64,000 bases of DNA from Acidobacteriota bacterium (GCA_019244185.1 JAFATB010000006.1:288001-352000), one strand, 5' to 3'; shown: positions 36,898 to 46,956, counted from the first letter of the stretch. Notes: a model not told the origin generated them from the letters alone. Made by a program: numbers and translations.

Positions 36898-36946
36898 CTG
36901 ACGAAGCGAATTGTAGCGTGTGTCGGCTCAGGTAGACTGAGACGCG

Positions 36947-38230
36947 GTGGCGATCAAGCGCATCATCCCGGTGTCGTCGGGGAAAGGCGGCGTCGGAAAG
37001 ACCACGTTCGCGGTCAACTTCGCGCTCGCGCTCTCGCGCCATGGCCGCACCGTGCTCGTCGATCTCGACACCGGCACGTCGGCCATCCGCAACGCCATCG
37101 ACGTCCCCATCGAACGCGACCTCTATCACTTCTTCCGCCGCGGCGAGCCGCTCGCGAACTGCATCACGCAGCTCGACGACAAGCTCGACCCGCAGCATCA
37201 GTGGCGCAACTTCGGCTTCATCGCCGGACCGCTGCATCTCATCGACGAGATCACGAACTTCGGCGCGGCGCACAAGGCGCGGCTCATCGAGGCCATCAAC
37301 ACGCTGCCCGCCGACTACGTCATCCTCGACATGCGCGCGGGTCTCGATGCGAACGTCATCGACTTCCTGCCGTTCTCGAACTCCGGCATCCTCATCTTCA
37401 CGCCGCATCTGCCGAGCGCCACGCTCGCGGCGTCCGACATCGTCAAGGCGATCCTCTTCCGCAAGCTGCGCCTCATCTTCAGCAAGGAGTCGCCGTTCTT
37501 CGCGACCGTCGACGGCGGCCTGAATTTCTGGAAGCTGATCAACGACCTCATCGACCGCGTGGAAGACGTCTACGACTCGTCCGTCGCGAACCTCGACGCG
37601 TTCGCGCTCGACCTCGCCCAGAACCTCGGCGATCACCCGATCACGCGCACCGTGCAGACGACCATCGACGAGTTCCGCGTGCATTACGTGCTCAATCTCT
37701 TCAACGGCGTCGACGATTCGTTCAACACCGCCGTCAAGCCGTTCCTCGACAATCTGACGAAGAACGTTTCCTCGCACTGCGGCGTGACGAACCTCGGCTG
37801 GGTCACGCGCAGCGCCGCCATCCACCGCGCGAACTGCAACTGCGTGCCCGCGCTCCTGTTGCCGCGCGACGCGAAGAAGGCGCCGAAGGCGAACCGCATC
37901 GCGCAGGAGCTCGAGGACCTGCGCCTCACCGCGATCGGGCTCGAGCCGCCGAAGCGGAAACAGGCGCAGACGGCGCCGTCCGCGTCGCGTGCCGCCGAGG
38001 ATCCGCTGGCGCGCCAGCTCGACGTACTGAAGGCGATGTTCGAGCAGAAGAAAGACGACGACTACTACGCGAACTTCGACTACGTCACGCAGCGCACGCT
38101 GTTCGCGATGAAGAACCGCCGGCCGAGCGAGTTGGGCGACACGCGCATCTACACGCCGCAGGAGATGCTCGCGTCGCTGTTCGCCAAATCCAACGTGCCG
38201 ACGACGATCGACTGGACCGAGCTCGAATGA
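36947..38230 (+). CDS. MinD/FlhG/ParA-family P-loop ATPase with long C-terminal extension
   Basis: Deviant Walker A SGKGGVGKTT, LVDLD, DYVILDMRAG. Confidence 0.85.
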   Translation: MAIKRIIPVSSGKGGVGKTTFAVNFALALSRHGRTVLVDLDTGTSAIRNAIDVPIERDLYHFFRRGEPLANCITQLDDKLDPQHQWRNFGFIAGPLHLIDEITNFGAAHKARLIEAINTLPADYVILDMRAGLDANVIDFLPFSNSGILIFTPHLPSATLAASDIVKAILFRKLRLIFSKESPFFATVDGGLNFWKLINDLIDRVEDVYDSSVANLDAFALDLAQNLGDHPITRTVQTTIDEFRVHYVLNLFNGVDDSFNTAVKPFLDNLTKNVSSHCGVTNLGWVTRSAAIHRANCNCVPALLLPRDAKKAPKANRIAQELEDLRLTAIGLEPPKRKQAQTAPSASRAAEDPLARQLDVLKAMFEQKKDDDYYANFDYVTQRTLFAMKNRRPSELGDTRIYTPQEMLASLFAKSNVPTTIDWTELE

Positions 38231-39801
38231 AACTGTTCCGCGCCCCGCTGTACCTCGCCGCCGTCCTCGCCCTCACCCTCAGCGCCGCCGACACGCCCGA
38301 CCTCACCATGGTCGGCCGCATCCGCGACGAGGGCTTCCGCAACTCGAAGGTGATGTCCATCGCGCAGTCGCTCACCGACACGCTCGGCGCGCGCCTCACC
38401 GGCTCGCCCAACGCGAAGCGCGCGAACGACTGGACGCGCGACAAGCTCGCCGAGTTCGGCCTCGCTAACGCGCACCTCGAGGCGTTCGACTTCGGCCGCG
38501 GCTGGACGTCCGACGCGTGCTCCGTGCGCATGGTCGCGCCCGACGTCGAACAGCTCTACGCGCTGCCGAAAGCGTGGTCGCCGGCGACAAACGGCCCCAC
38601 GCGCGGCAAGGTCGTGCACGTGAAGATCGAGACGAAGGAAGACGCCGACAAGTACAAGGGCAAAGTCGCCGGCGCGATCCTGCTCGTCGCCGACGCGCGC
38701 GAGATGAAGCCGCAGGAGAAACCGTATCTCGAGCGTTACGACGAGAAGACGCTCGCCACCGAAGGCGACTACGCGATCCCGCCGTCGCGCGACCCGCAGC
38801 GCACCAAAGACCTCATTCGCCGTCTCGAAAAGCGGAAGCTCATCGCGCAGTTCGCCACCGACGAGAAAGTCGCCGCGATCGTCGACATCGGCTCCGGCGA
38901 AGGCGGCGTCTTCCGCGTGCAGCAGGGCGGTACGTGGCGCGACGACGAGCCAATGGGACCGCCCGTCGTCGGCCTCGCGCCCGAGCAGTACAACCGCATC
39001 CTCCGCCTCGTCGACGCCGGCACGCCGGTCGAACTCGAAGTCGACGTCCGCGCCCGCTTCTTCGACGACCGCAACGCGTACAACACCGTCGCGGAGATCC
39101 CCGGCAGCGACAAAAAGAACAACGAAGTCGTCATGATGGGCGCGCACCTCGACTCGTGGCACACCGCCACCGGCGCCACGGACAACGCCGCCGGCTGCGC
39201 CGTGATCATGGAAGCCGCGCGCATCCTGAAGGCGCTCGGCGTCACACCGCGCCGCACGATCCGCGTCGCGCTCTGGACCGGCGAGGAGCAGGGACTCTTC
39301 GGCTCGCGCGCGTACGCGGCGGAACATTTCGGCAGGCTCTCCGATCCGAAGGATCCCGATCAGCTGAAGCTCCCCGCGTGGGCGCGGACCGAGCGCGGAC
39401 GCACGCTCATCGAGTCGAAGCCGGAGCTCGCGAAAGTCTCCGCGTACTTCAACGTCGACAACGGCACCGGCAAGATCCGCGGCATCTACGCGCAGGAAAA
39501 CGCCGCAGCCGCGCCGATCTTCGAGTCGTGGTTCGCGCCGCTCCGCGACCTCGGAGTCACGACGGTCACGATGCGCAACACCGGCAGCACCGATCACGTC
39601 TCGTTCGACGAGCTCGGCATCCCCGGCTTCCAGTTCATCCAGGACGACGTCGAGTACGAGACGCGCACGCACCACACGAACTGGGACACGTACGAGCGCC
39701 TGCAGCGCGACGACCTGATGCAGGCGGCGGTCGTGGTGGCGACGACGGTGTGGGAGGCGGCGAACCGTCCGGAGATGATGCCGCGCAAGCCGCTGCACTG
39801 A
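38227..39801 (+). CDS. Secreted M28 family peptidase (carboxypeptidase Q-like)
   Basis: Start MKLFRAP at 38227 (ATGA overlap); [36 protein letters not shown]. Confidence 0.92.
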   Translation: MKLFRAPLYLAAVLALTLSAADTPDLTMVGRIRDEGFRNSKVMSIAQSLTDTLGARLTGSPNAKRANDWTRDKLAEFGLANAHLEAFDFGRGWTSDACSVRMVAPDVEQLYALPKAWSPATNGPTRGKVVHVKIETKEDADKYKGKVAGAILLVADAREMKPQEKPYLERYDEKTLATEGDYAIPPSRDPQRTKDLIRRLEKRKLIAQFATDEKVAAIVDIGSGEGGVFRVQQGGTWRDDEPMGPPVVGLAPEQYNRILRLVDAGTPVELEVDVRARFFDDRNAYNTVAEIPGSDKKNNEVVMMGAHLDSWHTATGATDNAAGCAVIMEAARILKALGVTPRRTIRVALWTGEEQGLFGSRAYAAEHFGRLSDPKDPDQLKLPAWARTERGRTLIESKPELAKVSAYFNVDNGTGKIRGIYAQENAAAAPIFESWFAPLRDLGVTTVTMRNTGSTDHVSFDELGIPGFQFIQDDVEYETRTHHTNWDTYERLQRDDLMQAAVVVATTVWEAANRPEMMPRKPLH

Positions 39802-39810
39802 GCTCCTGAG

Positions 39811-39859
39811 ATTCAGACTAGCGTCTGTTTGCGCTTGACATTCAGACTAACGTCTGTTT
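39811..39859 (+). promoter_or_regulatory. Two palindromic operators flanking the -35 box of blaI
   Basis: ATTCAGACTAGCGTCTGTTT (39811-39830) and ATTCAGACTAACGTCTGTTT (39840-39859), core CAGAC-N4-GTCTG; TTGACA at 39835-39840. Confidence 0.8.
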
Positions 39860-39869
39860 TCCTGCGGAC

Positions 39870-40301
39870 GTGTCCACCCGCAGACAGGCGCGGTCGAAAG
39901 ACGCTTCCCCCACGGAGCAATTGCTTCCCGAGGCGGAGATGGAGGTCCTCGCCGTGCTGCACGCGCGCGGCGAGGCCGACGCCCGCGCGATCCGCGAGGC
40001 GCTCGAGCGCTACCGCCCGATGTCGCACGCCTCGGTGCTCACGCTCCTCGGCCGCCTCGAAGCGAAGTCGCTCGTCCAGCGCCGCAAAGGCGAGGTCGGA
40101 AAAGCGTTCGTCTACTCCGCCGCCAAATCCCCGCGCCCGATGATGCGCCGCCTCCTCCGCCGCCTCGTCCAACGCATCTTCGCCGGCGACCCCGCCAGCC
40201 TGGTCGCGTCTCTCTTCGAGGCCAAGCGGCCGACCGATGAAGAGCTGAAGCAGATCCGCGCGCTGGTGGAGGAGATGGAGAAAAAGGGGAAGGGGCGATG
40301 A
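39870..40301 (+). CDS. BlaI/MecI/CopY family repressor
   Basis: LPEAEMEVLAVL...SVLTLLGRLEAK...AFVYSA...F.G....LV..L. Confidence 0.9.
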   Translation: MSTRRQARSKDASPTEQLLPEAEMEVLAVLHARGEADARAIREALERYRPMSHASVLTLLGRLEAKSLVQRRKGEVGKAFVYSAAKSPRPMMRRLLRRLVQRIFAGDPASLVASLFEAKRPTDEELKQIRALVEEMEKKGKGR

Positions 40302-40362
40302 GGGTGCAGGGCACGAGGAGGGCGGCGCTGCGCGAGTTGATGGAGCAGCGAGGCAACGCGCC

Positions 40363-40527
40363 ATGAGCGCCTCCGCGCCGATGCACACCCTCGTCTTCGC
40401 GAAGTTCGTCGACGTCGCGCATGCGTGGCGGCGGCGGACAGCGGCGACGTGCGCGCCGTTCACGATTGCGCGAACGGCGCGGCCACGACGCTCGCCACGC
40501 GTGAGGCAGCGAGGCAACGCGCGATGA
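40363..40527 (+). pseudogene. Degenerate duplicate of the blaR1 5' end forming a 54-aa ATGA-coupled ORF
   Basis: MSASAPMHTLVFAKFVDVAHAWRRRTAA aligns with the BlaR1 N-terminus MNASVPTHALALSWLAHVAQALWQGTAA; the DNA repeat starts at 40345 and 40506. Confidence 0.55.
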
Positions 40528-41540
40528 ACGCCTCCGTCCCGACGCACGCCCTCGCGCTCTCGTGGCTCGCCCACGTCGCGCAAGCGCTGTGGCAGGGCAC
40601 GGCGGCGGCGCTCGTGCTGCTCGCGTGCGAGCGGCTGTTACGGCGGCGGTCTCCGCGTCTGCGACACGCGCTGCTGCTGATCGCGCTCATCAAGTTCGTG
40701 CTGCCGCCGATGTTGCCGCTGCCGACCGGCGTTTTCAGCGCGGCGCCGCCCGCGCCGCGGATCCACGCGGTTCGACAGCTCGGCGCGTTGCCTTCGTGGA
40801 TCGTGCTGGCGATCGCGGTGGCGTACGGCGTCGGCGCAACGGTCGCCTTCGCGCGCGTCGCGGCGGGCGCGTGGCACCTGCATGGATTGCGGCGACGCTC
40901 CTTCGCGGCGCCGCGATGGGCCGAGGAGTTGCTCGCGGGCGTCGCGCGCGAACACGGCGTGCGTCCGCCGCGGCTCCTCGCATCGGACGAAGCGGGCGTG
41001 CCGATGACGTTCGGCGTCTTCGCTCCGGCGGTCGTGCTGCCGCGCGCGCTGCCGTCGCTGCTCGATCGCGACGCGTTGCGCGACGTCTTCGCGCACGAGT
41101 TGCTGCACGTCCGCCGCGGCGATCTGCTTCTCAATCTCGCCGGCTCGCTCATCGCCGCCGCATGGTGGTTCCATCCGCTGGTCCAGCTGATTGCTCGGCG
41201 CGCGCGAGCGTTGCGGGAGGAATGCTGCGACGACGAGCTGCTCGCCAGCGGCTTGCACGACGCCGCGGTGTACGCGCGGACGCTCGCCGCCACCGCATCG
41301 CTCCTGCGCGAGCGTCCGCCGTTCGCCGCGGCCGCGGTGGCCGAGGAGCCGCATGCGCTGCTCGCGCGGGTGCTGCGCATCGCGAACGGCGCGCATCCCA
41401 CGCGACGGCTCGGCCTCGCGGCGATCGCGATCGTCATCACCGCCGCGCTGCTGCTCCTGCCGGGACTGCGCGTCTCCTCCGACAACCACTTCGCATTCGA
41501 CCGCGCCACGCTGCGCGCGCTCGGCCTGCATCACCACTGA
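40524..41540 (+). CDS. BlaR1/MecR1-like M56 metallopeptidase without a sensor domain
   Basis: TM helices, PMTFG...VVLP, HELLHVRRGD, WWFHPLV, REECCD; ATG at 40524. Confidence 0.9.
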   Translation: MNASVPTHALALSWLAHVAQALWQGTAAALVLLACERLLRRRSPRLRHALLLIALIKFVLPPMLPLPTGVFSAAPPAPRIHAVRQLGALPSWIVLAIAVAYGVGATVAFARVAAGAWHLHGLRRRSFAAPRWAEELLAGVAREHGVRPPRLLASDEAGVPMTFGVFAPAVVLPRALPSLLDRDALRDVFAHELLHVRRGDLLLNLAGSLIAAAWWFHPLVQLIARRARALREECCDDELLASGLHDAAVYARTLAATASLLRERPPFAAAAVAEEPHALLARVLRIANGAHPTRRLGLAAIAIVITAALLLLPGLRVSSDNHFAFDRATLRALGLHHH

Positions 41541-41571
41541 CATCGCATCGCATCAACGAGAGGAACTCGCC

Positions 41572-43131
41572 ATGACTCGAAAACTGACATTAGTCTTTTT
41601 CATTGTGCTGCTGCTGCCGCTGCACGTCTTCGCGCACGGCAACCTGAAATTCGTCAACGGCCGCTGGTTCGACGGCACGCGCTTCGTCGCGAAGACGATG
41701 TACTCCGTCGACAACGTCTTCCGCGAGCACTACGACGGCGAGCTGCGCGCCACGATCGACCTCGGCGGGCGCTACATCATTCCGCCGCTCGCCGACGCAC
41801 ACAATCACGTCCTCGCCGACGGCGGGCCGCACGTCGACGAACAGCTCCGGCAATACCTGCGCGCGGGCATCTTCTACGTTAAGAATCCGAACAACGTGTT
41901 GAAGCTGACGGAGGCCACTCGCGCGCGGATGAATCAGCCCGAATCCGTCGACGTCCGCTGGGCGAACGGCGGCCTGACCGCGACGGGCGGCCATCCCGCG
42001 CAAATCTACGACCGCATCGCGGACGCGATCGGCTGGAAGCGCGAGGACATGCTCGGGCAGGCGTACTTTTTCGTCGACAGCGAAGCCGATCTCGCGCGCC
42101 TCTGGCCCACGATCCGCGCCGGCAAGCCGGACTTCATCAAGACGTACCTCGAGCATTCCGAGGAGTTCGCGAAGCGGAAAGACGACCCGCGGTACTACGG
42201 GCAGCGTGGCCTGGATCCGCGCGTGCTCGCCGCGATCGTGAAGCGCGCGCACGCGGACGGTCTGCGCGTGACGACGCACCTCACCACGACGGCGGACTTT
42301 CACAACGCGATCGCCGCCGGCGTCGACGAGATCGCGCACCTGCCGCTCGCGCCGATCGATCCCGCCGACGCGGCGCTCGCCGCGAAGCAGCACGTCACGG
42401 TCGTCACGACCGTGCTCAGTCATCGGCCGACCACCGGCATCGGCGATCCGATGGCGCTGCACCGCGCGAATCTCGCGCTGCTGAAACGCGCCGGCGTGAC
42501 GATCGTCCTCGGCACCGACAACGGCGAGAAGACCGTCGTCGACGAAGCGGAAGCGGTCGCGCGCCTCGGCGTCTTCACCAACCTCGAGTTGCTGCGGATG
42601 TGGACGAACGCGACGCCGCACGCGATCTTTCCGGAGCGCACGATCGGGACGCTCGCGGACGGCGCGGAGGCGAGCTTCCTCGCGCTCGATGAGGATCCGC
42701 TCGCGAATGTCAGCGCCGTGCGCAAGATCGCGATCCGCGTGAAGCAGGGACACGTCATCGACGTGCCGCCGGAGAAGCCCGGCGTCGCGGACGTGCTGCT
42801 GCCGCTCGCGCGGTCGCGCGGCGCGTCCACTGCCATCGACGAGTACTGGCGTCTCGTGCGCGACGAGCCCGCGCACTACGACTACGGCGAGGCGCAGCTC
42901 AATCGCCTCGGCTATCAGTTGATCAACGACCATCTCGACGCGGCGCTGGCGATCTTCGCGTTCAACGCCGAGCAGTTCCCAACGTCGGCGAACGTTTGGG
43001 ACAGTCTGGCCGAGGCGCAGATGAAGGCGGGGAAACGCGACGAGGCGATCGCGAACTATCGCAAGTCGCTCGCGCTCAATCCGCACAACGCGAACGCGGC
43101 GGCGATGCTGAAGAAGCTCGGCGAGCCGTGA
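41572..43131 (+). CDS. Secreted amidohydrolase with C-terminal TPR domain
   Basis: Start MTRKLT at 41572; PPLADAHNH, DFIK, GVDEIAH, GTD; LNRLGYQL...FPTSANVWDSLAEA TPR. Confidence 0.85.
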   Translation: MTRKLTLVFFIVLLLPLHVFAHGNLKFVNGRWFDGTRFVAKTMYSVDNVFREHYDGELRATIDLGGRYIIPPLADAHNHVLADGGPHVDEQLRQYLRAGIFYVKNPNNVLKLTEATRARMNQPESVDVRWANGGLTATGGHPAQIYDRIADAIGWKREDMLGQAYFFVDSEADLARLWPTIRAGKPDFIKTYLEHSEEFAKRKDDPRYYGQRGLDPRVLAAIVKRAHADGLRVTTHLTTTADFHNAIAAGVDEIAHLPLAPIDPADAALAAKQHVTVVTTVLSHRPTTGIGDPMALHRANLALLKRAGVTIVLGTDNGEKTVVDEAEAVARLGVFTNLELLRMWTNATPHAIFPERTIGTLADGAEASFLALDEDPLANVSAVRKIAIRVKQGHVIDVPPEKPGVADVLLPLARSRGASTAIDEYWRLVRDEPAHYDYGEAQLNRLGYQLINDHLDAALAIFAFNAEQFPTSANVWDSLAEAQMKAGKRDEAIANYRKSLALNPHNANAAAMLKKLGEP

Positions 43132-43149
43132 GGACGCACTGAACGCGCG

Positions 43150-43827
43150 TCACCAGAAGAAACGCGAGCGCGTCACCGTCCAGGCGATGCGCAGCGTGTC
43201 TTTGAGCGGCCGGTAGTGGCTCGTGGAGATGCCGTCGACGAAGCCGAGCTCGATCGGAATCGTGACGATCTTCAGGCCGCTGCGGCCCGCGCGGACGATC
43301 ACTTCGCTTTCCATGTCGAAGCCGTCGGTGCGCAGCGTGAGGCGGCGGAGCAGACTTGCGGAGTAGAGGCGGAAGCCGCTCTGCGAGTCGGAGATCGGCG
43401 TGCCGGACGTCTTCGCGATGCACCACGCGGAGAAGCGGTTCGCGGCGCGGCGGCGCGGGAGCATGTGCGCGAAGAGGTGCGCGCGTCCGCCGATGATGAG
43501 ATCGGCGCCGGTCTCGGCGCGCGCGGCGAGGAACTTCGGAATCTCGCCCGGCAGATGCTGCCCGTCCGCGTCGAGCGTGATCGCGGCGTCGAAGCTGTTC
43601 GCGAGCGCCCACGCAAACCCGGTCTTGAGCGCGCCGCCTTTGCCTCGATTCACCTCGTGACGCAGAACCTGCGCGCCGGCCGCGCGCGCGACGTCGCCGG
43701 TTCTGTCGCGCGAGCCGTCGTCGATGACGACCACCGGTTCGAGGCGGCGGCGCGCGTCGGCGACGATCGGCGGCAGCGTGCGTTCGGCGTTGAGCGCCGG
43801 AATGAGCACGCAGACGCGCTCGGTCAC
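43150..43827 (-). CDS. Glycosyltransferase family 2
   Basis: LIPALN, IDDGSRD, NRGKGGAL, DADGQH, DSQSGFRLY. Confidence 0.92.
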   Translation of the reverse strand: MTERVCVLIPALNAERTLPPIVADARRRLEPVVVIDDGSRDRTGDVARAAGAQVLRHEVNRGKGGALKTGFAWALANSFDAAITLDADGQHLPGEIPKFLAARAETGADLIIGGRAHLFAHMLPRRRAANRFSAWCIAKTSGTPISDSQSGFRLYSASLLRRLTLRTDGFDMESEVIVRAGRSGLKIVTIPIELGFVDGISTSHYRPLKDTLRIAWTVTRSRFFW

Positions 43828-45014
43828 GCCGCCTCCCGCGAGACCACGGCGCAGACGATGCCGCCGCCGGCGCTGATCGCGTTGACGAGCACGTGGCGCA
43901 GCTCCGCCCCGCGCACACTGCGATTCACGGCGAGGTCGCTCTCATCCGATCCGACGGACGCGTGCAGCCGTTGCTCGTCGATGGCGACGATCGCGCTCGC
44001 GAGTTGCAGCGCGCCACCCGCGGCGTATTCGCCGAAGATCCCTTTCGTCGCGACGACCGCCGGCATGCGCGCGCCGAACAGCAGTTCGATTGCGCGCGCC
44101 TCGACGTCATCGCCGCGGCGCGAGCCGTTCGCCGACGCGTAGACCGCGTCGATGTCGTCGGGCGTCAGCTCCGCGTCGTCGATCGCGGCGCGCATCGCGG
44201 CGGCGACGCTCGACGGATCGGAGCCCCAATCGGAGATCGACGCCGTGGTGTCGCGAGCGACGCCGAAGCCGGAGAGCCACGCGTACGGCTTGCGCGTGCC
44301 GCCGTTGCCCGCGACGAGCACGCAGCCGCCTTCGCCGAGAACGAGACCGTTGCGGCGGCGGTCGAAGGGACGCGCGGCTTCGTCCAGCACCGCGCCGTTC
44401 GCGTGCGCGAGGGCGCCGAGTCGATCGAGCACGCTGAAGAGCATCTCGTTCGCCTCCTCGACGCCGCCGATGAGCGCCGCGTCGACGGTGCCCTTCAGCA
44501 GTTGCGACGACGCGTACATCGCGGCAGCGAGGACGGACGACTCGCGCTGCGTCGTCGTCAGATTGAAGCCGCGCAGGTTCCATTCGATCGCGATGTGGCT
44601 GCCGGGCGCGTTCGCCACCGACTCGGCGAAGAGTTGCGGCGGCGCGAGCGCGGCGCCTTTCTCGACGTAATCCTGCATGTACTCGACAGACGTCTGCACC
44701 GGACCGAACGCGGTGCCGATGGCGACGCCGGTGTTCTGGCCGGGCGCCGCGCCGGCGTCGTCGATGGCGAGCTTCGCGGCCGCGAGGCCGAGGCGCGAGA
44801 GCGCGTTCATGCGCCGCATTTTCATCGGTGCGATGAAGTCGCGCGGACTGAAGCCATTCACGAGCGCCGCCTTGTGCGCGGAAAGGCCGGTGGTGTCGAA
44901 GCGTTCGACGTCGGCGACGGCGCTCCGCCCTTCGGCGAGCAGCCGGCGGAATGCGTCGAGGCCGATCGCGCCGGGCGCGATGACGCCGATTCCGGTGACG
45001 GGGATGCGCACCAT
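43824..45014 (-). CDS. Ketosynthase-like protein lacking catalytic residues (chain-length-factor-like)
   Basis: KAS fold motifs, but TQRESS in place of TACAS, SANGS in place of AHGTG, and GEYA in place of GHTL. Confidence 0.82.
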   Translation of the reverse strand: MVRIPVTGIGVIAPGAIGLDAFRRLLAEGRSAVADVERFDTTGLSAHKAALVNGFSPRDFIAPMKMRRMNALSRLGLAAAKLAIDDAGAAPGQNTGVAIGTAFGPVQTSVEYMQDYVEKGAALAPPQLFAESVANAPGSHIAIEWNLRGFNLTTTQRESSVLAAAMYASSQLLKGTVDAALIGGVEEANEMLFSVLDRLGALAHANGAVLDEAARPFDRRRNGLVLGEGGCVLVAGNGGTRKPYAWLSGFGVARDTTASISDWGSDPSSVAAAMRAAIDDAELTPDDIDAVYASANGSRRGDDVEARAIELLFGARMPAVVATKGIFGEYAAGGALQLASAIVAIDEQRLHASVGSDESDLAVNRSVRGAELRHVLVNAISAGGGIVCAVVSREAA

Positions 45015-45027
45015 GCGAAGGCGCCGG

Positions 45028-46257
45028 TTATAGCACGCGGCGGAACAGCAGCGACACGTTGCTGCCGCCGAAGCCGAACGTGTTCGAGAGCACGTTCGCC
45101 ATCGCCAGCGGCCGCGGCGCGTGCGGGATGTAATCGAGCGGACAATCGTCCGCGCGCGCCTGCAGACGCAGCGTCGGCGGCGCGATCTGGTTGCGCAGCG
45201 CGAGCACGCTCACGACCGCTTCCACCGCGCCCGACGCGCCGAGCGTGTGGCCGAAATACGACTTGCTCGACGACACCGGCACGTCCATGCCGAGCGCCGC
45301 GATGATCGCCTTCGTTTCCGCGGAGTCATTGAGCAGCGTGCCGGTGCCGTGCGCGTTGACGTAGTCGACGTCGGCGGTGTCGAGCCGACCTTCCGCGAGC
45401 GCCGCGCGCATCGCCGCCTCCGCGCCGCGACCGTCTTCCGCCGGCGCGGTCTGATGATGCGCGTCGCACGACGCGCCGTAGCCGGAGAGCTCGGCGAGAA
45501 TCGTCGCGCCGCGCGCGACCGCGTCGTCCCAACGTTCGAGCACGAGATAGCCCGCGCCTTCGCCGAGGGTGATGCCTTTGCGATCCGCGCCGAACGGCGA
45601 ACAGGGCGCGGGATCGACCGCCTGCAGCACGTTGAAGCCGCTGTACGTGAGGCGACAGAGCGCGTCGCTTCCGCCCGCGACCGCGACGTCCGCGTGACGA
45701 GAGCGCAGGTAGTCGGCAGCCATGCCGATCGCCGCACCCGCCGACGCGCATGCCGTTGCGTTCGAAACGACGCCACCGCCGAGACTGAAGGCGCGCGCGA
45801 CCGCATCGGACGGACCCGACGTCGGCTGCTGCAACACGTGCGACGCGGCCGCGCGCCTACGACCACGCGATCTACGATGGAAATAGTAGTTCTCGCCTTC
45901 GAGCAGACCGCCGGTCGATGTACCGGTCGAGACGATGGCGCGCTCGCGCGGCAGCGGCGTCGTCGCATTCGCGTCGGCGTCGTCGAGCGCTTCCTTCGCC
46001 GCGATCACGGCGAGGAGATCGGTGCGCGAGAGCCGCCGCAACGCGCGTTTCCCATCCGGCAGCAATGACGCGAGATCGCTCTCGACTTCTGCCGCGAGCT
46101 CGGTCGGAAACGTTTCGCCGGGAAAGCGCGTGAGCCGGTCGATGCCCGCGCGCGCGTCGACGATCGCCTGCCAAACCTCGGCTTTGTTGCGGCCGATGGA
46201 GCAGATGATGCCGGCGCCGGTGACGGCGATGCGCTGCTGCGGGTCAGGTGGTCTCAC
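45028..46257 (-). CDS. Beta-ketoacyl-ACP synthase (FabF-like, active)
   Basis: ATACAS, NAHGTGT, FGHTLGA, NTFGFGG. Confidence 0.92.
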   Translation of the reverse strand: MRPPDPQQRIAVTGAGIICSIGRNKAEVWQAIVDARAGIDRLTRFPGETFPTELAAEVESDLASLLPDGKRALRRLSRTDLLAVIAAKEALDDADANATTPLPRERAIVSTGTSTGGLLEGENYYFHRRSRGRRRAAASHVLQQPTSGPSDAVARAFSLGGGVVSNATACASAGAAIGMAADYLRSRHADVAVAGGSDALCRLTYSGFNVLQAVDPAPCSPFGADRKGITLGEGAGYLVLERWDDAVARGATILAELSGYGASCDAHHQTAPAEDGRGAEAAMRAALAEGRLDTADVDYVNAHGTGTLLNDSAETKAIIAALGMDVPVSSSKSYFGHTLGASGAVEAVVSVLALRNQIAPPTLRLQARADDCPLDYIPHAPRPLAMANVLSNTFGFGGSNVSLLFRRVL

Positions 46258-46612
46258 GCGACGCGAGATAAAACCGGCCGCGTACGGCTTCTACTCCACC
46301 GATCCGTCCGCTTCCGCTGAATCGGAACGTCCCGCCGAACTCCGCCTCGAGCGTCACCGTGATCTCGACCGCGTCGCCCGGCTCCGGCACGCGCAGCACC
46401 TCGCAGCGGTCGATGCCGGTGAGGAAGCCCTGCTCGCGCAGGACGAGGCCGCCGGCGAACTGCGCCATCGCCTCGACGACCATCACGCCCGGCGGCAGGA
46501 CGTCGTTCGTCGTGCAGATGTACACGCCTTCGGTGGTCTTCTCGTCGCTGCGCCGCACCGCGCTGGCGGCGCGGAACGGAATCTGGTGAGGGAGATTGGC
46601 GAGCCAGGACAA
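46244..46612 (-). CDS. Hotdog-fold 3-hydroxyacyl-ACP dehydratase (FabZ-like)
   Basis: LPHQIPF, PGVMVVEAMAQ, PGD motifs. Confidence 0.8.
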   Translation of the reverse strand: MSWLANLPHQIPFRAASAVRRSDEKTTEGVYICTTNDVLPPGVMVVEAMAQFAGGLVLREQGFLTGIDRCEVLRVPEPGDAVEITVTLEAEFGGTFRFSGSGRIGGVEAVRGRFYLASRETT

Positions 46613-46618
46613 GGGCGA

Positions 46619-46888
46619 CTACGCCTGCGGCTGCTCCTGCGCGAGCTTCGCGCCGACGAAATCGGCGAGCGTGGCCACCGAGCGGAACGAGTCGCGCGCG
46701 GAGGTCTCGTTTTTCACCTTGATGCCGAACTCGCTCTCGAGCATCACCACGATTTCGAGCGCGTCGATGGAGTCGAGGCCGAGGCCGCCGGCGAAGAGCG
46801 GCTCGTCATCGGCGATGTCGTCGGGGGTCATGTCTTCGAACTTCAGCCGCTCGATGAGCAGCTCTTTGAGTTTGCGTTTGAGATCCAT
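46619..46888 (-). CDS. Acyl carrier protein
   Basis: PLFAGGLGLDSIDALEI, a style typical of aryl-polyene-type ACPs. Confidence 0.92.
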   Translation of the reverse strand: MDLKRKLKELLIERLKFEDMTPDDIADDEPLFAGGLGLDSIDALEIVVMLESEFGIKVKNETSARDSFRSVATLADFVGAKLAQEQPQA

Positions 46889-46956
46889 GTCAGGTGCAGT
46901 CTATCGCGGGAATCAACGGCTCGGAGAGCGCATGTTATTCTGCGCAACGGTCCTCT

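Noticed and set aside
36010-39801. Apparent 1263-aa ORF suggesting a fusion protein
   Set aside because: Only the part from ATG 38227 is the M28 peptidase. The upstream part overlaps pgsA-like, crp and the MinD-like gene in other frames.
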